Positions 56,581 through 64,000 of a stretch of 64,000 nt of DNA are shown here, piece by piece. The DNA lies in contig CAXULY010000006.1 of NCBI GenBank assembly GCA_964252075.1, positions 131,444 through 195,443 on the forward strand, in the 5' to 3' direction. The position numbers and the translations under genes were made by a program. The notes below the pieces were generated by a model, which worked only from the letters and a program-made list of their open reading frames with translations, did not search any database and had not been told where the DNA came from. Each line of letters starts with the position of its first letter. Within the stretch, counting starts at the first letter, position 1. The DNA is from an uncultured Deinococcaceae bacterium. Lineage in GTDB: Bacteria > Deinococcota > Deinococci > Deinococcales > Deinococcaceae.

Positions 56581-57156
56581 TCATCGGCGGGCCGCGCCGA
56601 CGGCGGCGAGGATGGCGGCGGTGTCCGTGACGGTGGCGAACTCCTCGTGCAGGCTGGCGAGGTGGATGTCATGGATGGCCTGGGCAGCGTGGAATTGGCC
56701 GTCCGGACCGCTCCGGTCGAACGTGGCGACCGCGTCGGCCGGCAGCAGCACCTGGTACCCGAGGTTGCCCGCCATGCGGGCTGTGGTGGACACGCAATGG
56801 TCGGTGGTGAGCCCCACGATGACCAGACCGGTCACGCCGGCCGCCCGCAGCCGCGCGTCCAGGTCAGTGTGAATGAAGGCGCTGTTGACGTGCTTCTGGA
56901 CGATGGGTTCGTCCGCTCGGGGTTCCACTTCCGCCTTGAACCGCGCGCCGTCCTGACCGGGCCGCAAGGTCGACTGTGGGTCGAGCGACAGGTGCTGGAC
57001 ATGCCACACCGGCCAGCCGTGTTGACGCCAGATCCCCAGCAGGTCGGCGGCGCGCCGCTCCGCCTGGGGATTGTTCCGCGTTCCCCAGGCGGGATCGTCG
57101 AAGCCGCGTTGAATGTCGATGAGCAACAGCGCCGTGTGGTCATTGGGAATCGTCAT
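56581..57156 (-). CDS. Isochorismatase-family cysteine hydrolase
   Basis: ALLLIDIQ, KHVNSAF, GLTTDHCVSTTAR. Confidence 0.93.
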   Translation of the reverse strand: MTIPNDHTALLLIDIQRGFDDPAWGTRNNPQAERRAADLLGIWRQHGWPVWHVQHLSLDPQSTLRPGQDGARFKAEVEPRADEPIVQKHVNSAFIHTDLDARLRAAGVTGLVIVGLTTDHCVSTTARMAGNLGYQVLLPADAVATFDRSGPDGQFHAAQAIHDIHLASLHEEFATVTDTAAILAAVGAARR

Positions 57157-58150
57157 GGACACTCCGGGGAGGGACGGGCGGGCCCGTCATGGGGCGGGAC
57201 AGCCGGGCGGTCGGGCGCTGCGCGGTGGGCGGGACGCCGAAGCGGTCCCGCCACGCCCGGCGCAACGCGCGGGCGTCCCCGAACCCGCTGCGGGTTGCCA
57301 CGGCGTCCAGCGTGAGTCGGGGGTCGCGCAGCAGCTGGCCCGCCAGTTCGAGGCGCAGGCGCTGCTGGTAGTCGAACACCGTGATGCCGGTGGCGGCCTT
57401 GAAACAGCGGGCGAGGTGGCGGTCGCTGAGGCCCGCCACCACGGCGAGGTCCGTCAGTGTGGCCCGCTGCGCGGGGTGGTGGATGAGCCAGTCCTGCACG
57501 CGGTGAACGCCGGCGTGCAGGTGGGTGCGGTACTCCAGGTACACGGAGTGCTGCGCGTGATCGCCGTTCCGCCGCAGGTACACCACCAGGTCGCGGGCCA
57601 CGCGGGCGGTCAGCATCGGCCCGTGATGCTGTTCAATCAGGGATAAGGCCAGGTCGACGCCTGACGCGACGCCCGCGCTGGTCGTCACGCCCTGGTCCCG
57701 CACGAACAGCACGTTGTCCAGGACGGTGGACCGCGGATGAAGCCGCTGCAGGTGGGCAGTCAGCGACCAGTGCGTGGTGCACCGCCGCCCGTTCAGCAGG
57801 CCCGCCTCCCCCAGGGCCAGTGCACCTGAGCAGATTGCGGCGACCTCTGCGCCCAGGGCGGCGCTGTGCTGCAGCCACCGGTTCACCTCGGGGGACAGTG
57901 GGGGCCGCCCGGGGTCGCCCGTGCCCGTCTGCCCGCCGGGCACCAGGATCAGGTCGTCCGGCTGAGCGGCGGGCAGTGGGGACAGCTCGGCCAGCATCAG
58001 GCCCTGAGCGCTGCGGAGCTGCGGCTGGCTGGCACAGAACATCAGGGTGTACGGCGCGCCGTGCTCCGCAGCGCTGTGAAAGACCTGCGCCGGTCCGGCG
58101 AGGTCCAGCAGGTGAACGTCGGGGAGCAGCAGAAACAAGACGCGGCGCAT
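57140..58150 (-). CDS. GlxA-family regulator (DJ-1/PfpI + AraC)
   Basis: LDLAGP, ICSGA, CTTHW, TSAGVASGVD, AraC HTH; GGAGG RBS. Confidence 0.93.
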   Translation of the reverse strand: MRRVLFLLLPDVHLLDLAGPAQVFHSAAEHGAPYTLMFCASQPQLRSAQGLMLAELSPLPAAQPDDLILVPGGQTGTGDPGRPPLSPEVNRWLQHSAALGAEVAAICSGALALGEAGLLNGRRCTTHWSLTAHLQRLHPRSTVLDNVLFVRDQGVTTSAGVASGVDLALSLIEQHHGPMLTARVARDLVVYLRRNGDHAQHSVYLEYRTHLHAGVHRVQDWLIHHPAQRATLTDLAVVAGLSDRHLARCFKAATGITVFDYQQRLRLELAGQLLRDPRLTLDAVATRSGFGDARALRRAWRDRFGVPPTAQRPTARLSRPMTGPPVPPRSVHDDSQ

Positions 58151-58355
58151 CCGCACCTCCTTCGCACCAGATGGTTCAGAACCGGCCACGTCGTCCCGCG
58201 TGGCCTCAGGTCCTGAACGTCATGCTAGAGCACGTCCATGGACCTCGCGTAGGCGTGATCGAGACCATCCGCAGCCAGATCAGGACAGCGGTCCTGCAGG
58301 CGCCTCTACCCCACCGGTGGAGGCAGGCCCGCGCGAGCGCGTTTTCCGCGTTGTG

Positions 58356-59309
58356 CTAGGCCCGCTTGCCCGGCAGCATGGCCTCACCGCGCAGCACCGG
58401 GATGCAGCCGCCGCCGACGCTTGCGCGAATGCCGTCGGGCGTTCGCCGCGCTGTGGTGCGCAGCAGGCTGGGGCGGCCCATTTCGACGCCCTGCACGATG
58501 TCCCAGCGGCCACTCTGCGCACCCGACAGATGCAGCAGGAAACCGGCGAGTGGCGTCGCCGCGCTCCCCGTCGCGGCATCCTCCCAGGTGCCGGACAGCG
58601 GCGAGAACATCCGGGCGCGCAAGCCGCTCCCGTCGCGGCGGTAGAGGTAGAGCGAGAGTTTGCCGCCGAGCGAGGGCACCTCGGCCACCGCGCGCCGGAA
58701 GGCCGCCAGGTCGGGCGCGGCGGTGGCCATCGCCGCCTCAGTCACTTCCAGCAACGCGCGTGGGTTGCCGCCATCCGTGGCCATCGTGGGTGGGTGACGT
58801 GTGGTGACAATGCCGTCTGGAGTGATGCCAGCGCAGGCCGCAGCGAGGTCGGTCGGGAGCGTGAGGCCGATCGACAGCGGTTGCGGGGCCGCGATGGTGG
58901 CGCCTGTAACGGTGCCCGCTGCGTCGTGATCCAGCCTCACTTCGACCAGGCCGGCGCGCTGTTCAAAGCGGAGCAGGCCACCACGCGCCTGGTCGGCCAG
59001 GACAAAGCCAGTCCCGACATTTGGATGGCCCGCGAACGGCATTTCGGCGGTGCGGTGAAAGATGCGGACGCGGGCGGTGTGTGCGGGGTCTTCGGGCGGC
59101 AGGACGAAGGTGGTCTCGGATAAGTTCAGTTCGGCCGCCAGCGCCTGCATCTCGCCGTCCGAGATCCCCCGCGCATCAGGGAAGACGGCCAGCGGGTTGC
59201 CGCCGAAGAGGCGGTCGGTGAACACATCCACGGTGACGAAGGGAACGTGGCGCAGCAAGGGGCGGTGCGCCACATCAGGTCCAGAGGGCGTGATTTCGTT
59301 GGGCAACAC
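58356..59309 (-). CDS. PhzF-family epimerase/isomerase
   Basis: [48 protein letters not shown]. Confidence 0.95.
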   Translation of the reverse strand: MLPNEITPSGPDVAHRPLLRHVPFVTVDVFTDRLFGGNPLAVFPDARGISDGEMQALAAELNLSETTFVLPPEDPAHTARVRIFHRTAEMPFAGHPNVGTGFVLADQARGGLLRFEQRAGLVEVRLDHDAAGTVTGATIAAPQPLSIGLTLPTDLAAACAGITPDGIVTTRHPPTMATDGGNPRALLEVTEAAMATAAPDLAAFRRAVAEVPSLGGKLSLYLYRRDGSGLRARMFSPLSGTWEDAATGSAATPLAGFLLHLSGAQSGRWDIVQGVEMGRPSLLRTTARRTPDGIRASVGGGCIPVLRGEAMLPGKRA

Positions 59310-59896
59310 CCGCCGATCCTAACGGCTGTGGGACGGCTGGCACCCCTGCCGTCTGGCGTCCTTGAGGGAACCCCTCGACCGTCAGGGCGAGGCGGGGTGC
59401 GGAACAGTGGAAACGGTCCAGCTCGCCGCGCCGCCGGCCCGCGGCCTCGTGGACCCGCACCATCTGGGCCATTGTGATTCGGCCCTGCACCGCTGGATGG
59501 ATTCGAAACCAGCGGCCCAGCGTCCTTCCCCCGACACGGACCGTTGAGGCTGACGGCCAAACAGGCCGGGATTCGGGAATGACCACGTGATCTGGACGCC
59601 GTCCGGCAGGCGCCTGACCGGCCGAAGAACGCCATGGCTTGCCGCGCCAAGGACGAACGGGTGAAGTCGAATGCATCGGAACGCGCCGGGAGGAAACCCG
59701 TCTCGGTGTGGTTCCTGCATGGTGCGCGTGACCGAGCGTATTTCACTTGGCGGGGAGGACCGAGGGGTTCGAGGCACCGCAGGGACGCCGCGTGGAAGAC
59801 CACCGTTGGACGCCTTCACGTCGGCCGGCGTGGCCTCGTCGGCGTCCCGCGCGGCCACACCGAACGGCGGGCACGCGCTGCTCACCTCGCCCTGCA

Positions 59897-60022
59897 GACC
59901 GACCCGGCTCATCTTGTGGCTGAGGACCCCGTGCGTTGCACCTTCGGGGTCACGGCACCACACGCTGTGTGGATCAGCGACCGGTCACGCCTCCCCATCC
60001 GCGAGGGTGGACTGTCCCTGCG
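59897..60022 (+). mobile_element. IS3-family transposase remnant
   Basis: TDPAHLVAEDPVRCTFGVTAPHAVWISDRSRLPIREGGLSL resembles IS3 TDS.H..VA.N.L.R.F...APN.VW.SDITY.PT.EGWLYL. Confidence 0.65.
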
Positions 60023-60360
60023 GCAAGCCACCACCGCTTCACGTCAACACCGCAGGATCGGGGCAGGCCCCGTGTTGGGTGCATTTCCAATCGTCGAGGT
60101 CTGCCCGGCGGTGTTCGTGATGTTCACGTGCCGTTGCTTCGCCCGGACCTTCGCCTTGGCGCAAGACCGAGGACGACGACTGGCCAAGCACCTGCCGGAG
60201 GGTGTGACGGCCCACCTGATGGTGGGTCGCCTGGCAGAGCGTGCGTCCTGAGGTGCATCAGACGTGCTGGACCGCGGCGTGAGGTCTGGCAACGTTGAGG
60301 TTCCTGAGGCGTCCAGGGGGCGCCTCAGGAACCGGCGCTGCCGCTCGCCGTTCGCGCTGT

Positions 60361-61881
60361 TCAAGTGGGAGCGTGGGTGGATGGGCGGGCGGACAGGCGG
60401 TCCTGTTCCGCCTGGAGCGCCTGCACGATCACGGCCGCGCCGCGCTGGATGTCCGCGAGGGTCAGGGAGCCGTAGCCGAGCACGAGGCCACTGCGGGTGG
60501 GCGGGCCGAGGTGGTAGCGGTCGAGGTTGTACACGATGACCTGCCGCGCCGCGCACGCCGCGATCACGCGGTCCGCGTCGAACCCGGCGGGCAACTCCAG
60601 CACCAGGTGAAATCCCGCCTCCAGGCCGGTGGGGCGGCCCAGGTGCGGGTGTGCGCGGAAGGTGTCCGTGAGGACGGCGCGTTTCCGGGCGTACTCGCGC
60701 CGCATGCCGCTGATGTGCCGCTCCACCAGGCCGCGCTGCAGCGCGAGGGTCAGGGCGCGCTGCAGGGGCCAGGAGACCGGGCCGTCCACCAGCTGCTTGT
60801 GGCGCAGGAGGTGCTCGATGGTGGCGGGCGCGCCCACCATGTACCCGAGGCGCAGCGACGGCGTGAGGCTCTTCGCGAAGGTCCCCAGGTACACCACCTG
60901 CCCGCCTTCATCCAGGGCCGCCAGGGCCGGCAGGGGCGCGGCGTCGAAGCGGAACTCGCTGTCGTAGTCGTCCTCGACGATCAGCACGTCGTGCTGCCGC
61001 GCCCAGCGCAGGAGCGCGAGGCGCCGCGGCAGCGAGAGGCGCCCGCCGAGGGGGTACTGGTGCGACGGGGTGCAGTACAGCACCACGGGCGCCGCGTGCC
61101 CGTCGGGGAGGGCGTCGATGCGCAGGCCGTCCTCGTCGACCGGGCACGGCAGCCGTGCGGCGCCTCGCTGCAGGAGGAGTTCCTGCGCGAGCCGGTAGCC
61201 GGGCTCCTCCAGACCGACCGGGTCGCCGGCGTTCACGGTCGCGTGGATGAGCAGGTGCAGCGACGCGCGGCTGCTGGTGGTGATCAGCACCTGCTCCGGC
61301 CGGCACGCGACGCCCCGGGCGCGCGCCAGGTACGCCGCGATGGCGACCCGCAGTTCCAGTTCGCCCTGGGGGTCGCCGTAATGCCCGGGGGGGCGCGCGG
61401 CGCCCACCTCGCGCCATGTGCGCCGCCAGTCCTCGTCCAACCAGCGGTCCACGCTCGGCTCGCCGAGGCGGAATTCGATGGCGTCCGCCGACGGGGGTGG
61501 GAGCGTCATGAGGGGCGGCGCGGGGCGGCCCTGCCAGCGGTGGGTGGTGGGTGGCGCGGGCGTGGCCCGCGTGGGCGCCGGCAGGACGTCGGCGGACACG
61601 GTGACGCCCGAGCCCTGTCTGGCGGTGAGGTACCCCTCGATCATCAGTTCCTCCACCGCCTGCAGCACGACGTGGCGGCTGACGCCGAGGGTGCGCGCGA
61701 GGACGCGGCTGGAGGGCAAGCGGGTGTGCGCGGCGAGGCGCCCGTCCAGAACGGCCTGACGCCACTGGTCGGCCAGTTGGGTGGCCAGTGGGCGGGCGTC
61801 GCCGCGGTCCAGGACGAGTGGAATTTCGAGGTCGTGTCGGGGCCGGGCGCGCCTGAGAAGTGGTTGAGCTGTTTTGGTCAT
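60361..61881 (-). CDS. MocR/GabR-family PLP-dependent GntR regulator
   Basis: LPSSRVLARTLGVSR, EEPGY, TPSHQYPLG, EDDYDSEFR, GTFAK. Confidence 0.95.
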   Translation of the reverse strand: MTKTAQPLLRRARPRHDLEIPLVLDRGDARPLATQLADQWRQAVLDGRLAAHTRLPSSRVLARTLGVSRHVVLQAVEELMIEGYLTARQGSGVTVSADVLPAPTRATPAPPTTHRWQGRPAPPLMTLPPPSADAIEFRLGEPSVDRWLDEDWRRTWREVGAARPPGHYGDPQGELELRVAIAAYLARARGVACRPEQVLITTSSRASLHLLIHATVNAGDPVGLEEPGYRLAQELLLQRGAARLPCPVDEDGLRIDALPDGHAAPVVLYCTPSHQYPLGGRLSLPRRLALLRWARQHDVLIVEDDYDSEFRFDAAPLPALAALDEGGQVVYLGTFAKSLTPSLRLGYMVGAPATIEHLLRHKQLVDGPVSWPLQRALTLALQRGLVERHISGMRREYARKRAVLTDTFRAHPHLGRPTGLEAGFHLVLELPAGFDADRVIAACAARQVIVYNLDRYHLGPPTRSGLVLGYGSLTLADIQRGAAVIVQALQAEQDRLSARPSTHAPT

Positions 61882-61907
61882 AAGTGGCTCTCCCTCTTGA
61901 ACCAGTT
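61858..61907. promoter_or_regulatory. Putative MocR-type binding sites
   Basis: AAGTGG direct repeats (61858, 61882) plus inverted CCAGTT (61902). Confidence 0.45.
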
Positions 61908-62057
61908 GCCCTCTATTGTGGCAGCACCGCGACGCACGCGTCACCGGCCCCGGCTCACGTCACCCGCACGACCGTGACGAACGCCAGGGGCCGCGTGATC
62001 CATCCACCCGGTCACGACCACCGTGACCCATCGGTCTTGGACCTCAGGAGGTCATTC

Positions 62058-63794
62058 GTGAAACACGCCCGACTCATCACCGCCCTGCTGCTGTGCACCA
62101 CGCCCGCCCTCGCGCAGGTCAAGAACCCCGGGACGCTCGTCAGCCTCACCATCGGCGACTGGTCCACCTTCGACCCCGCCCAGTGCTACGACACCGCCTG
62201 CGGTGAGATCCTCCAGAACACCCTGGAGACGCTGTACTTCCCGCAGCCCAGCCGCATCGAGACGGACGCCAGCAACCCCAAGATCGTGAACCAGCCGCTC
62301 CTCGCGGCAGCCCTGCCGACCATCACGAACGGCGGCAAGACCTTCACGATCAAACTGAACGCCGCCGCGAAGTTCAGTGACGGCACGCCCGTCACGTCCG
62401 CCGACGTGAAGTACTCGCTGATGCGCCAGATGCTCATCAGCGCCGACGCGGGCGCCGCGCCGCTGCTGCTGGAACCCATCATGGGCAGCGCCGCCGGCAT
62501 CAAGAAGGATGACGCCACCGCCTTCGACAAGATGGACAAGGCCATCCAGACCCCGAACGCCACCACCGTGGTGTTCAACCTCGCCAAGCCCTTCGCGCCC
62601 TTCGTCGCGGTGCTCGCGCACCCCGTCGCGGCCATCTACAGCAAGGCCGCGGCTGTCAAGGCGGGCGCCTGGGACGGTGGCAAGACCACCTGGCAGAAGT
62701 TCAGCAACGAGAACCTCGCGAACTCGGTGTTCGCGAACGTCGTGCCGCTGGGCTCCGGCCCCTTCCAGCTGCAGCGCTACGACAAGGGCAGCCAGGTGAT
62801 CCTGCGCCGCAACGACAAGTACTGGCGCGCGCCCGCCAAGCTGCAGACCGTGGTTATCAAGAAGGTCGACGAGCCCGCCACGGCCGTGCAGCTCCTCAAG
62901 ACCGGTGACGCCGACCAGATCCTGACGAACAACTACGCCCGCAACATCGCCGGGCAGTTCTCGTCGCTGCCGGGCGTGAAGGTCATCGACAACGTCGCGA
63001 CGCTCACGGTCAGCGCCATGTTCATGAATTTCGACATTCAGGACACCAGCAAGCTCGGCAGCGGCAAACTCGACGAGAAGGGCATTCCCGCGAACTTCTT
63101 CAGCGACCTCAACGTCCGCAAGGGCTTCGCCGCGAGTTTCGATTACCAGGCGTACGTCAGAGACCAGCTGCTCGGCAAGGGCCTCATCAACAACACCGCC
63201 ATGCAGAGCTCCCTGCCCGGCTACAACGCGGCCCTAAAGTACAAGTTCGACAGGGTCGCGGCCACCAACGCCTTCAAGAAAGCCTGGGGCGGCAAGCTGT
63301 GGGACGCCGGCTTCACGGTGCCGATTTACTGGAACAGCGGCAACGTGAACCGCCAGAAGGCCGCCGAGATCATGAAGCGCGGCGTGGAGGCGCTGAACCC
63401 GAAGTTCCACGTGGACGTGCGCGAAGCGCAGTTCTCGCAGATCATTGCGGATCAGGCCGCGCGCCGTGAGAGCATGTGGATGCTGGGCTGGCAGGCGGAC
63501 TACGGCGACCCGCACAACTTCGCGCAGCCGTTCCTGGCCTCCACCGGCAACTACCCGCAGAACACCGGGTACAAGAACGCAGTCGTGGACCGCCTGATTG
63601 ATCAGGCCGTCGCGACCACCGACGCCGCCAGGCGCGCCGCGCTGTACAAACAGATCGTGCAGATCGGCTTCAACGACGTCGCGGAGATTCCCATCTACCA
63701 GACGGTGTCCTACACCGCGCAGCGCGACTGGGTGAAGGGCCGCGTCTCCAACCCGCTGTACGCGGGCGACATCTACTACTACACCAGCAAGTGA
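62058..63794 (+). CDS. Peptide ABC substrate-binding protein (family 5)
   Basis: AGGAGG RBS, GTG start, signal peptide, FDPA, KFSDGTPVT, GSGPF, GWQADYGDP. Confidence 0.95.
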   Translation: MKHARLITALLLCTTPALAQVKNPGTLVSLTIGDWSTFDPAQCYDTACGEILQNTLETLYFPQPSRIETDASNPKIVNQPLLAAALPTITNGGKTFTIKLNAAAKFSDGTPVTSADVKYSLMRQMLISADAGAAPLLLEPIMGSAAGIKKDDATAFDKMDKAIQTPNATTVVFNLAKPFAPFVAVLAHPVAAIYSKAAAVKAGAWDGGKTTWQKFSNENLANSVFANVVPLGSGPFQLQRYDKGSQVILRRNDKYWRAPAKLQTVVIKKVDEPATAVQLLKTGDADQILTNNYARNIAGQFSSLPGVKVIDNVATLTVSAMFMNFDIQDTSKLGSGKLDEKGIPANFFSDLNVRKGFAASFDYQAYVRDQLLGKGLINNTAMQSSLPGYNAALKYKFDRVAATNAFKKAWGGKLWDAGFTVPIYWNSGNVNRQKAAEIMKRGVEALNPKFHVDVREAQFSQIIADQAARRESMWMLGWQADYGDPHNFAQPFLASTGNYPQNTGYKNAVVDRLIDQAVATTDAARRAALYKQIVQIGFNDVAEIPIYQTVSYTAQRDWVKGRVSNPLYAGDIYYYTSK

Positions 63795-63796
63795 GC

Positions 63797-63842
63797 GAAG
63801 CGGGAGGGCTGGAGCCCACGTGGGCTTCAGCCCTCCCGCTTC
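63797..63842. terminator. Long intergenic hairpin between SBP and permease genes
   Basis: GAAGCGGGAGGGCTGGAGCCCA-CG-TGGGCTTCAGCCCTCCCGCTTC, near-perfect inverted repeat. Confidence 0.7.
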
Positions 63843-63925
63843 ACCGGAGGGTGAGGACGCAGCGGACCGGCGGGGACGCGGCCTTGGTGCGCGTGGACCG
63901 CAGCCTGGAACACGCCGGAGGACCC

Positions 63926-64000
63926 ATGTTCACGTACCTGTTTCAGCGGCTCGTCCAGTTGCCGATCACCCTGCTGGTGATCTCGGTGCTGGTGTTTCTG
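63926..64000 (+). CDS. Peptide ABC permease (DppB-like), 3' truncated by window edge
   Basis: GGAGG RBS; MFTYLFQRLVQLPITLLVISVLVFL. Confidence 0.85.
   Translation, partial: MFTYLFQRLVQLPITLLVISVLVFL

Noticed and set aside
1..64000. CRISPR array, tRNA/rRNA, integrase/att site, RDRM motif
   Set aside because: No regularly spaced repeats, structural-RNA signatures, recombinase gene or convincing RDRM palindrome found by eye

Overview
High-GC bacterial accessory region, most likely from Deinococcus. This is inferred from many leaderless genes with a TANNNT -10 box 5-6 nt before the start codon, a Deinococcus-type wHTH/MFS pair and IS remnants. In order it holds: TetR/SDR/NmrA genes; a complete sigma(Csu)-type chaperone-usher pilus operon; an APH-like kinase; a ROK-regulated sugar ABC operon with a GH66 dextranase; an aldo/keto reductase between IS scars; a NarL-type two-component system with a hydrolase; an IclR-regulated 8-gene catabolic operon (amidohydrolase, peptide ABC without ATPase, DUF885-like, class III aminotransferase, M14 deacylase, creatinase-like M24); two paralogous JAB/MPN-like genes lacking catalytic residues (one pseudogenised), each divergent from a nuclease gene; an ~11 kb nuclease/defence island (HTH-PD-(D/E)xK plus HNH, an AddAB-like pair, and an NxD-type McrB with an N-terminal DUF3578-like domain and an inserted B3-like domain, encoded downstream of its DUF2357 McrC); scattered small metabolic, regulatory and transport genes; and the start of a peptide ABC operon. 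No rRNA, tRNA or CRISPR array was recognised. All family assignments come from motif recognition by eye; no searches were run.
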